Shown here one piece after another: positions 18,343-26,525 of a DNA stretch of 34,187 nt; within the stretch, counting starts at the first letter, position 1; every line of letters starts with the position of its first letter. The notes under the pieces are model-generated. The model had not been told where the DNA came from. It did not search any database and saw nothing but the letters and a program-made list of their open reading frames with translations. The translations under genes and the position numbers were made by a program. The stretch comes from Deinococcales bacterium (lineage in GTDB: Bacteria; Deinococcota; Deinococci; Deinococcales; JAAFIG01). Location: assembly GCA_043778225.1 (NCBI GenBank), contig JAYWGM010000031.1:1-34187 (forward strand), in the 5' to 3' direction.

Positions 18343-19857
18343 ATGAAAAGTTCACAGGTGGTTTTGGCGGCGATATTTCTTTTTGGACTTGGTGCAATTG
18401 GCATGGCGTTTCGTGCCAAAAGTGGTGGCGAAACCCGACCGGTCACGCCACATGGCACACATTTGCGGCTGACCAACACCAACGGTAGTACCGTGCCGCC
18501 ACTTTTGGAGTACATCCCCAATTATTATCAGCACGTCAAGCCGATTCTCGAGGCAAATTGTGTCTCTTGTCATGTCCAAGACGGAATTGCGCCATTTGCC
18601 TTAAACAGCCTTAAAACCGCCCAAAGTCATCATCGCCAGATTTACTTGGACACCCGAAGCGAACGGATGCCACCGTTTCCACCCAACGGCGAAAGTCCTA
18701 AATTTAAGCACGAAATGCGCTTGAGTAAGAACGATATTGCGGTGCTTGCCAACTGGTCTTGGAGTGGCGCACCTGCCGGCGACAGCCAAAAAGCGGTCAG
18801 TGCAACTTCTAAGGTGGCTCGAGTCAGTGTCCGAAGCGACTTAAAACTTGCCATGCCCAAATTATTTATGCCAAGCGATAAACTCTCGGACGAATACCGT
18901 TGTTTTATGGTTGACCCAAAACTCGAGGGTGAGCGCTTTATTACTGGCTACGATATTCTGCCCGGCAATGCGGCGGTGGTGCATCATGTTTTGATGTTTG
19001 AACTCGAGGCTGGACTGCTTGCCGAAGCCCAAAAGCTCGAGCGCGAAGAAGGTGATAACCGCGATGGATACACTTGCTTTGGTGGTCCAAGGGTTGCCAA
19101 TGGTTTACAGCCGATTGGCGCATGGGCACCCGGCAGCCCAGCCGTTAAATTCCCAGAAGGAACTGGCACGAAATTACGGGCTGGTTCGCAGTTGCTGCTG
19201 CAAGTTCATTACAATCTCGCCAACGGTTCTAAACCCGACCAAAGCGCCGTTAAACTCGAGCTTGCGCCAGTTGGCACACGCCTCAAAGCCATTTTGAACT
19301 TTGCACCAACTGCGCCTGTCGAGTTGCCATGTGCTGGAAATTATCCGTCTGACACCAAAAGTGCTTGCAACCGCGAAGCTGCTTACGAACGGGTCTTGAG
19401 CCTCAATAACTCGAGTGGTAACCGCAGCCGCAAAGCTGGAAATACCCTGCGCTCGTGTCAGCGCAATTTAGAGCAGTACATCAATGGTTCGGATGCCAGC
19501 CGCATCGAAACAGTTTGCGAGTATCCAGTCCCAACCAATTTAACGCTGCATGGTTTGGCTGGACATATGCACTACCTTGGTAAAAGCATTAAGCTCGAGA
19601 TTAACCCAAGCAAAGAAAATCGAAAAGTGCTGCTTGATATTCCTAACTGGGATTTTCACTGGCAGGGTTTTTATTGGTTTGAACAAGCCATAAAAGTCCA
19701 ACCAGGCGATACCTTCCGCATCAGTTGTGTATTTGACAACAGCCAAGCCAATCAGCCTTACCTAGGTGGCGAGCAACGCAAACCTAAGTATCTCGTGTGG
19801 GGCGAAGGCACAGAAGAAGAAATGTGTTTAGGCTACATCCAAGCTACACTCAACTAA
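18343..19857 (+). CDS. Exported cytochrome c domain fused to a copper type II (PHM/DBH-like) monooxygenase
   Basis: Signal peptide; CVSCH heme-c motif and RMPP; DEYRCF, VVHHVL, QVHYN, GHMH, WDFHWQ, EEMC; start at ATG 18343 (TATGCT 6 nt upstream), not 18115. Confidence 0.85.
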   Translation: MKSSQVVLAAIFLFGLGAIGMAFRAKSGGETRPVTPHGTHLRLTNTNGSTVPPLLEYIPNYYQHVKPILEANCVSCHVQDGIAPFALNSLKTAQSHHRQIYLDTRSERMPPFPPNGESPKFKHEMRLSKNDIAVLANWSWSGAPAGDSQKAVSATSKVARVSVRSDLKLAMPKLFMPSDKLSDEYRCFMVDPKLEGERFITGYDILPGNAAVVHHVLMFELEAGLLAEAQKLEREEGDNRDGYTCFGGPRVANGLQPIGAWAPGSPAVKFPEGTGTKLRAGSQLLLQVHYNLANGSKPDQSAVKLELAPVGTRLKAILNFAPTAPVELPCAGNYPSDTKSACNREAAYERVLSLNNSSGNRSRKAGNTLRSCQRNLEQYINGSDASRIETVCEYPVPTNLTLHGLAGHMHYLGKSIKLEINPSKENRKVLLDIPNWDFHWQGFYWFEQAIKVQPGDTFRISCVFDNSQANQPYLGGEQRKPKYLVWGEGTEEEMCLGYIQATLN

Positions 19858-19871
19858 GGATTTGTGTAACG

Positions 19872-19901
19872 ACAGGGCAAGCTCGAGCTTGCCCTGTTTT
19901 T
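19872..19901 (+). terminator. Intrinsic terminator whose apex is a CTCGAG site
   Basis: 26-bp perfect palindrome ACAGGGCAAGCTCGAGCTTGCCCTGT followed by a T run, 14 nt after the stop codon. Confidence 0.85.
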
Positions 19902-19924
19902 GTTGGCTCGAGTTATTGCCCCTC

Positions 19925-19967
19925 TTGACAACCGTAAGCGTTTACAGTATATTTCGTAAACGCTTTC
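19925..19967 (+). promoter_or_regulatory. Sigma70 promoter with two LacI-family operators
   Basis: TTGACA (19925-30), 17 nt, TATATT (19948-53); operators GTAAGCGTTTAC (19934-45) and GTAAACGCTTTC (19956-67) with central CG; LacI gene at the end of the operon. Confidence 0.85.
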
Positions 19968-20095
19968 GACAATCTATTTTGCAACCCAGTCTGGTCTATT
20001 TTGTTGTCTCAAGAAAAGATTTTTTGTTTTTCAAAAAAATTGTTGTCGTTCTGGCTGCTCGAGGTTGTTGTTGGCTGTTCATTCGGAGGTTTATT

Positions 20096-21358
20096 GTGAA
20101 AAAACGCTACATGATGTTCGCTGGTTTGGCAGTCTTGCCATTGACCCTCGCCCTTGCTCAAGGTACAAAAACCGTCAGCATCCTTGGTGCTTTCGGCGGC
20201 GAAGAAGCCAAAACCTTTCAGGCTGTCATCAATGCCTTTGAAGCCAAAAATCCCGGCATCAAAATCAATTATGCCAGCAGTGCAGATTTCAATACCGTTT
20301 TGAATGTTCGTGTCCAAAGTGGCGATTACCCAGATATTACTGCCTTGCCACAACCGGGCGTGATGAAAGACTTGGCGGCTCAAGGCGTACTCGCACCCGT
20401 TGGTGCAAGCACTTTGGTTGCGTTGCAAAAAAACTATGCTCCAGCTTGGTCAGAGCTTGGGCGGGCTGCCGACAAAAAAGTTTACGGCGTTTTTCACCGT
20501 GTTAATGTCAAAGGTTTGGTCTTTTACAACAAGCCAGCCTTTGAAGCCGCCGGTTATAAAGTTCCAAAAACTTGGGTTGAATTACAAGCCATGACCAAAG
20601 CCATGGAAAGCTCCAAAGCCGCACCTTGGTGTGTTGGTATGGAATCTGGTGGCGCAACCGGTTGGGTTGCCACCGACTGGGTAGAAAACATCATGCTCCG
20701 TACCCAAGCCGTTGGTGTTTACGACAAGTGGATTCCGGGCGATCTGAATTTTGCTTCGCCACAAGTCAAAAATGCTTTCCAAATCATTGATGGTATCTGG
20801 AACAATCCTAAGCAAATCTACGGTGGTCGTGCCAACATTGCTGCCACCAACTTTATTCCATCGGCACAAGGTTTGTTCACCAGTCCAACCCAATGCTGGT
20901 TACATATGCAGGGTAGCTTTGCAACCTCATTCTTCCAAGACAGCATCCAAAAGAACCTCGATGCCAACGTTGGTGTGTTTGTCCTGCCGATGATCAACAC
21001 CAAGTTGCCACAAACAGCTTTGGTTGGCGGCGATCAATTTGTGATGTTCAAAGGCAAAAACCGCCCAGAAGTGCAAAAATTCATGGCGTTCCTCGCAACG
21101 GGCGCTTCTGCCGACCCTTGGATTAAAGCAGGCGGCGGCTTGTTCCCACACAAAGACCAAAACCTAAAACTTTACCCAACCAAGCTCGAGTCCGACTTTG
21201 CCAGCATTATTCTTGGCGCTAAAGCCGCTCGTTTTGATGCTTCGGATGCCATGCCAAGTGCTGTCAACCAAGCCTTCTGGAAAGGCACAACCGATTGGGT
21301 TACTGGCACAGATTTAGATACCGTTTTGAAGAACATTGACGCAGCTTACAAGAAGTAA
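20096..21358 (+). CDS. Sugar ABC transporter substrate-binding protein (AglE-like, alpha-glucoside/sucrose type)
   Basis: GGAGG RBS and GTG 20096; signal peptide; PD...PQPG, VKGLVFYN, WCVGMESGGATGW..TDWVE, RFDASD.MP..V. Confidence 0.9.
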   Translation: MKKRYMMFAGLAVLPLTLALAQGTKTVSILGAFGGEEAKTFQAVINAFEAKNPGIKINYASSADFNTVLNVRVQSGDYPDITALPQPGVMKDLAAQGVLAPVGASTLVALQKNYAPAWSELGRAADKKVYGVFHRVNVKGLVFYNKPAFEAAGYKVPKTWVELQAMTKAMESSKAAPWCVGMESGGATGWVATDWVENIMLRTQAVGVYDKWIPGDLNFASPQVKNAFQIIDGIWNNPKQIYGGRANIAATNFIPSAQGLFTSPTQCWLHMQGSFATSFFQDSIQKNLDANVGVFVLPMINTKLPQTALVGGDQFVMFKGKNRPEVQKFMAFLATGASADPWIKAGGGLFPHKDQNLKLYPTKLESDFASIILGAKAARFDASDAMPSAVNQAFWKGTTDWVTGTDLDTVLKNIDAAYKK

Positions 21359-21367
21359 AGTGAGTAG

Positions 21368-21397
21368 ACAGGGCGAGGGTTTAATCCCTCGCCCTGT
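21368..21397 (+). terminator. Intercistronic 12-bp hairpin after the binding-protein gene (mRNA stabiliser or partial terminator)
   Basis: ACAGGGCGAGGG / CCCTCGCCCTGT, weak U tail. Confidence 0.65.
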
Positions 21398-21417
21398 GGT
21401 ATTTTACGGAGGCTTTC

Positions 21418-22506
21418 ATGACCAGACCCATGCCAAAAGTGGATAACACCCCAAGACTCCTCGGTTTAAGTGCTGTACTGGCTGTGACGTTGGTTATTTA
21501 TTACTACGTGTTTTTGTTTCTGCGCGAAGGTACGGCTGGTGCTGGAATTATTTTTGTGGTTTCCTTACTCTGGGGCATTGGTGGGGTTTGGTTCTTGTTT
21601 AATTTGGTCAGTTCAATCGTCGAATTGTTAGGCGAAAAACTGAGGCAGCAAATCATGCCGTGGGTTTTTGTTGCCCCTGCGGTTCTTTTGGTTTTCTATT
21701 ATTTGCTGCTACCAACCATTCGCACCATTTACCTGAGTTTGTTTAATGAAAACTCGAGTAAATTTATTGGCATAGATAATTTTATTTATGCTTTTAGCAG
21801 CCCCAATATGCTCGAGAGCTTTAAGAACAACTTGGTCTGGATTATTTTTGGTGGTGGGTTAAGTGTTCTTTTGGGTTTACTGATTGCAGCGCTTGCCGAC
21901 CGTACCCATGCCAAATTTGAAGTGCTCATGAAAACTGCCGTGTTTTTACCAATGGCGGTCAGTATGATAGCCGCCGCCGTTATCTGGAAATTGGTTTATG
22001 CCTTTGCCCCCGGTGCAGAGCAAGTTGGTTTACTCAATGCCATAACTGTTACCCTTGGCGGTACACCAGTACCGTGGCTGACACAAAAACCCTTAAATAC
22101 TTATCTGTTAATTGTAATTCTAATTTGGATGCAAACTGGTTTTGCCTTGGTGGTTTTCTCGGCGGCAATTAAGGGCATTCCATCGGAGTTACTCGAGGCA
22201 GCCCGAATTGACGGCGCAACCGAATTGCAAAGTTTTTTCAACATCACACTGCCCTATATTCAAGTGACGGTGGTCTCGGTCAGCACCACGATTGTGATTT
22301 TTACGCTCAAAGTTTTTGATATTGTCTTTAGCATGACCGGTGGTAACTTTGGGACACAAGTGATTGCCAACGAACAGTATGTGCAGATGTTCCGCAACTT
22401 TGATTATGGGCGTGGTTCGGCGATTGCGGTGGTGCTGCTGATTACGGTTTTACCTGTGGTGTACTATAATATCCGCGACTTTGGTAAGAATGCCAAAGGG
22501 TTTTAG
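21418..22506 (+). CDS. Sugar ABC transporter permease (AglF-like)
   Basis: Multiple TM helices; EAA loop 'ELLEAARIDGA'. Confidence 0.92.
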   Translation: MTRPMPKVDNTPRLLGLSAVLAVTLVIYYYVFLFLREGTAGAGIIFVVSLLWGIGGVWFLFNLVSSIVELLGEKLRQQIMPWVFVAPAVLLVFYYLLLPTIRTIYLSLFNENSSKFIGIDNFIYAFSSPNMLESFKNNLVWIIFGGGLSVLLGLLIAALADRTHAKFEVLMKTAVFLPMAVSMIAAAVIWKLVYAFAPGAEQVGLLNAITVTLGGTPVPWLTQKPLNTYLLIVILIWMQTGFALVVFSAAIKGIPSELLEAARIDGATELQSFFNITLPYIQVTVVSVSTTIVIFTLKVFDIVFSMTGGNFGTQVIANEQYVQMFRNFDYGRGSAIAVVLLITVLPVVYYNIRDFGKNAKGF

Positions 22507-22571
22507 GGGCAGGGTTAAAAGGGAAAAAGGTCAAGAGGTTCAACTTCGCTTTCTCTTTCAAGGGAGTTTAT

Positions 22572-23459
22572 ATGGTCGCGCAAAAAAAGAATCTCAGTTC
22601 GCAAATTGTGATTTATGGCATCCTGATTTTTTTAGGTTTACTCTGGACAGTCCCAACTTTTGGCTTGCTGGTGACCTCGTTTCGAGTGCCAGACGATACC
22701 TCGAGCAGTGGCTGGTGGGAGGTTTTTACCGAAGGCAAATTTAGTTTTACACTACAAAATTATACCGCAGTGCTGAGTCCGGGCGATGGGGCAACCAGCA
22801 ATACGGCTGCCACGATTAACCTCAATCAAGCAATTATCAACACAATCATCATGGCAGTGCCAAGCACCGTCATTCCCATTTTCTTGGCAGCCATTGCTGC
22901 CTATGCTTTTGCTTGGATGAATTTTCCGGGGCGCAAGTTGTTATTTATGGTGTTGGTGGCGTTGCTGGTTGTGCCTTTGCAAATGTCGTTGATTCCTATT
23001 TTGCGCGATTACCGTGGGCTGGGCTTAAATGGCACATTTTTAGGGGTCTGGTTAGCCAACACGGGCTTTGGTTTGCCACTGGCAACCTACTTACTTTATA
23101 ACTATATCGTTACACTGCCTCGGGAAGTCTTTGAATCGGCAGTCATGGACGGTGCGAGTCACCCAATGATGTTTACCAAGTTGGTCGTGCCGCTTTCGAT
23201 GCCCGCCTTTGCCTCGTTTGCGATTTTCCAGTTTTTATGGGTCTGGAATGGCGTGCTTATTCCTTTGGTCTTCTTAGGCGACGACCCAAGCCGCATTGTT
23301 TTACCGCAAAGGATTCTGCAAATGATTGGACAATACTCAACCAATTGGCAACTTTTAACGGCTGGGGCGTTTGTTTCGATGTTTATTCCATTGGTGGTTT
23401 TTATCGGTTTCCAGCAGTATTTTGTGCGCGGCTTATTGGCTGGGAGCGTAAAGGGCTAG
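22572..23459 (+). CDS. Sugar ABC transporter permease (AglG-like)
   Basis: EAA loop 'EVFESAVMDGA'; QFLWVWN; C-terminal QQYFVRGLLAGSVKG. Confidence 0.92.
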   Translation: MVAQKKNLSSQIVIYGILIFLGLLWTVPTFGLLVTSFRVPDDTSSSGWWEVFTEGKFSFTLQNYTAVLSPGDGATSNTAATINLNQAIINTIIMAVPSTVIPIFLAAIAAYAFAWMNFPGRKLLFMVLVALLVVPLQMSLIPILRDYRGLGLNGTFLGVWLANTGFGLPLATYLLYNYIVTLPREVFESAVMDGASHPMMFTKLVVPLSMPAFASFAIFQFLWVWNGVLIPLVFLGDDPSRIVLPQRILQMIGQYSTNWQLLTAGAFVSMFIPLVVFIGFQQYFVRGLLAGSVKG

Positions 23460-23516
23460 AGAAAAGAGAAATGCCTATCTTCCTCCTTTCTCCTTCCTCT
23501 TTTCTCCTAGGTATCT

Positions 23517-24932
23517 ATGCTCGAGAATCGTCCAAAATTTCACTTTACAACCCAGAGAAATTGGATCAATGACCCCAATGGTTTGGTCTACTTAGATGGG
23601 CAGTATCATTTGTTTTATCAGCATAATCCGCTTGGCAATACCCCCGGCAACATTGGCTGGGGTCATGCGCTCAGTACCGATTTACTGCACTGGACAGAAC
23701 AGCCAATGGCGATTGCATTTGCCAATGGCATCATGGCTTTTTCGGGGTCGGTGGTGGTTGATAAACGCAACTCGAGCGGTTTTGGCACAAATACCCTGAT
23801 TGCGCTTTTTACTGCCCACCACACCACCCAAGCCCTGCAAACCCAGTATTTGGCTTTTAGTACCGACCAAGGGCAAACATGGACACCATATGAGGGTAAT
23901 CCAGTGCTTGACCTTGGTCAAGCTGATTTCCGCGACCCAAAAGTATTTTGGCACGAACCGACACAGCGCTGGGTGATGCTTGTGGTGCTGCCCAATGAAC
24001 ATAAAGTGCTTTTTTATGGCTCGAGTAACCTCAAAAACTGGGATTTTTTAAGCGATTTTGGTCCAGTCGGCGCAATTGATGGAATCTGGGAAGTTCCAGA
24101 TATGTTCATGTTGCGACTTGAGCAGCAAGAACATTGGGTCTTAAAAATAGACATTGGTTCTGGAGCGTTGCACGGTGGCTCTGGTGGACAGTATTTTATC
24201 GGACAATTTGATGGTAAGCGCTTTATCGCTGATTCACTCGAGACCAAATGGCTGGACTATGGTAAGGATTTTTATGCAGCCCTGTCTTTTGCCAACCTCG
24301 AAGGAGTGAGTACAGCCAACCTCGAGGGAGTGAGTACAGCCAACCTCGAGGGTCGCCACGTTTGGTTGGCTTGGATGAACAATTGGCAATATGCCCAACA
24401 AACGCCAACCAGTCCGTGGCGTGGTGCAATGAGTATTCCTCGAGAACTGAGCTTGCGGCGCACCGCCGATGGTTTTTGTTTGGTGCAACAGCCAATTCCT
24501 GAACTTAAAACCCTGCGAACCCGAAATTTCAGCCTCGAGAATTTACAGCTTAAAAACGAAACTCGAGCCTTACCAATTGACGGTCAGCAGCTTGAGATTT
24601 TGCTCGAATTCACCCTCGAGACTGCCCAAGAGTTTGGTTTTCGATACGGCGAAACCACAATTGGTTACGATGCCACAACCCAAGAAGTCTTTATCGAGCG
24701 CCCTCAGCCCGATTTAGAAGGTTTTGCTGGACGACACAGCATTGTTGTGCCACTCGAGTTTGGCAATTTACAATTGCAAATTTTTATAGACAGTTGCTCG
24801 GTCGAGGTTTTTGTGCAGGATGGTTTATTTGTACTGACCGACCTGATTTTCCCAGAATCCACGGGTCTGGAGCTTTATGCCCTAGATGGTACAGTAAGGT
24901 TTAGAACCCTCGTGGTTTGGGAGTTAGCATGA
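23517..24932 (+). CDS. GH32 beta-fructofuranosidase/levanase-like hydrolase
   Basis: WINDPNG, HLFYQ, FSGS, FRDPKV, WEVPD (acid/base Glu), DYGKDFYA. Confidence 0.94.
   Translation: MLENRPKFHFTTQRNWINDPNGLVYLDGQYHLFYQHNPLGNTPGNIGWGHALSTDLLHWTEQPMAIAFANGIMAFSGSVVVDKRNSSGFGTNTLIALFTAHHTTQALQTQYLAFSTDQGQTWTPYEGNPVLDLGQADFRDPKVFWHEPTQRWVMLVVLPNEHKVLFYGSSNLKNWDFLSDFGPVGAIDGIWEVPDMFMLRLEQQEHWVLKIDIGSGALHGGSGGQYFIGQFDGKRFIADSLETKWLDYGKDFYAALSFANLEGVSTANLEGVSTANLEGRHVWLAWMNNWQYAQQTPTSPWRGAMSIPRELSLRRTADGFCLVQQPIPELKTLRTRNFSLENLQLKNETRALPIDGQQLEILLEFTLETAQEFGFRYGETTIGYDATTQEVFIERPQPDLEGFAGRHSIVVPLEFGNLQLQIFIDSCSVEVFVQDGLFVLTDLIFPESTGLELYALDGTVRFRTLVVWELA
24291..24352 (+). repeat. In-frame 24-bp tandem repeat inside GH32 (ANLEGVST x2 + ANLEG)
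   Basis: GCCAACCTCGAAGGAGTGAGTACA / GCCAACCTCGAGGGAGTGAGTACA / GCCAACCTCGAGGG. Confidence 0.93.
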
Positions 24933-25900
24933 AACTGACGATTCACGATATTGCCAAAGCGGCTGGGGTCTCTACGGGTACAGTCTCGAGGGCGCTTAAT
25001 GACCGCGCTGGGGTCAATCCAGAGACCCGCAATTCCATCCTTGCGTTGGTGGCGCAACTTGGCTACCGCCCCGATGTTGGCGCTCGGCAACTGGCTCGAG
25101 GCACACGCAGCGTGGTTGGGATTACGCGCTTTTCGGACAACAGTCTGCGTAATCCCTATTACACCCTGCTACTAGATGCGATTCAGACGGCGCTGCTCGA
25201 TAGTGGCTATGCGGTGCATATTGTGCGTAACGATTCAGAACTTTTTCAGGGTCAGTTTGCGGGAATCATTATTCCGGGTGTTCACATTGCCGATAGTCGC
25301 CCAAACGAACTGCGGCGCTTAAACATTCCGGTAGCGGTCATTGGCTTGGGCGCACCACAAAGCCATATTGCCAGTGTTGAACTCGAGAACCGCTTTGGGA
25401 TGCTCGAGGTGATGCGCCATTTAATTGCACTTGGTCATACCAGAATTGCCCATCTGACCGGCACACCGATTGGGGTGGATGCCCAAGCCCGACTTGATGC
25501 CTACAAAGATGGTCTGAGCCAAGCCGGGGTAGCCTTTGATGCCAAATTGATTCTTGATGGGCGTTTTACCGAACTTGGGGCATACCGAGCCATTGGTACG
25601 ACCCTAAAACAAAAACCAGAATTTACCGCCCTTGTCTGTGCTTCCGACGAGATGGCATTGGGTGCGATTCAAGCCATCGAAGACGCGGGTTTGCGTGTTC
25701 CCCAAGACATTAGCGTGACTGGCTTTGATGACCTGCAACTCGAGGCTTTCCAGCGTGCTGCCCTGACCAGTGTTCATCAGCCACTCGAGCGCATCGGGCG
25801 CGAAGCTGCGACGCTGTTACTCGAGCAAATCGAAGGCAAGAAACCGCGCTGTGTGCTGATTTACCCTGAATTGATGGTGCGTGGCACAACCGCCGCTTGA
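24929..25900 (+). CDS. LacI family transcriptional regulator
   Basis: TIHDIAKAAGVSTGTVSRALN HTH; PQDISVTGFDD; ATGA overlap with the GH32 stop. Confidence 0.95.
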   Translation: MKLTIHDIAKAAGVSTGTVSRALNDRAGVNPETRNSILALVAQLGYRPDVGARQLARGTRSVVGITRFSDNSLRNPYYTLLLDAIQTALLDSGYAVHIVRNDSELFQGQFAGIIIPGVHIADSRPNELRRLNIPVAVIGLGAPQSHIASVELENRFGMLEVMRHLIALGHTRIAHLTGTPIGVDAQARLDAYKDGLSQAGVAFDAKLILDGRFTELGAYRAIGTTLKQKPEFTALVCASDEMALGAIQAIEDAGLRVPQDISVTGFDDLQLEAFQRAALTSVHQPLERIGREAATLLLEQIEGKKPRCVLIYPELMVRGTTAA

Positions 25901-25922
25901 TGGTGCGTGGCACAACCGCCGC
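25871..25922 (+). repeat. Exact 26-bp tandem duplication of the LacI 3' end
   Basis: TTGATGGTGCGTGGCACAACCGCCGC x2 (25871-96, 25897-922). Confidence 0.93.
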
Positions 25923-25926
25923 TTAA

Positions 25927-26454
25927 TTATTTACAAGTATTCATGCCGCTGGTCAACGCCTTACAATTGCCATTGCCGCGAATAAAGTTCAGCACCTCGG
26001 TTGCGTCAGAAACGGCGTTGACACCGCGCCTGATGGCTGCCACTTCTCCGTCTGGCGAAAGGATAAAGGTATCCCTCGAGAGCATTCCAAAAAGCATCAC
26101 AACTTCAAATGTCTTCCCAAGGGTAGCGGTAGCATTAGGAATTTGTGGAATTTTAAGTTTGCTGTTTGCCACAAAAGCACATTGGGATTTGGCATCATCG
26201 CTCGAGACTCCGAAGACCTGAGTGTTGGCTTTCAAGAAGTCTGGGTAAAACTTGGTGTATTCGATATTTTGGGCAGTGCAGCCACTCGAGGCGGCTCTGG
26301 GGTAAAAGAAAAAGACTTTCCACGTATTTTTTTGCAGCACATGGGATTTGCCAAAGCTATCGGTCAGGCTGCTTGGCAAGGTCGGACTCGAGCCAAGTTC
26401 AAGGGCGAAAGCCAAGCCGAAAACAAACAGCCCAAAAACCAAAAAGTATCTCAT
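25927..26454 (-). CDS. Peroxiredoxin (BCP/PrxQ type) with signal peptide
   Basis: FFYPRAASSGCT peroxidatic motif, VFGVSSD, RDTFILSPDG; hydrophobic N-terminus ending AFA. Confidence 0.85.
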   Translation of the reverse strand: MRYFLVFGLFVFGLAFALELGSSPTLPSSLTDSFGKSHVLQKNTWKVFFFYPRAASSGCTAQNIEYTKFYPDFLKANTQVFGVSSDDAKSQCAFVANSKLKIPQIPNATATLGKTFEVVMLFGMLSRDTFILSPDGEVAAIRRGVNAVSDATEVLNFIRGNGNCKALTSGMNTCK

Positions 26455-26525
26455 TTTTTTAGTTTACGCGCTGTTTGTTAAAAAAGAATAGGAGGAAAAA
26501 TCAAATTGACGCTTTCTTCTATTTT

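Noticed and set aside
5872..20095. Long N-terminal extensions in the ORF track (5872, 15943, 17014, 18115, 19862)
   Set aside because: They translate a riboswitch, promoter DNA, tandem repeats or a terminator; better starts with an RBS or leaderless -10 are at 5965, 16042, 17101, 18343 and 20096
20096..25900. Missing ATPase as a sign of a defective ABC operon
   Set aside because: CUT1 sugar transporters commonly share a MalK/MsmX-type ATPase encoded elsewhere
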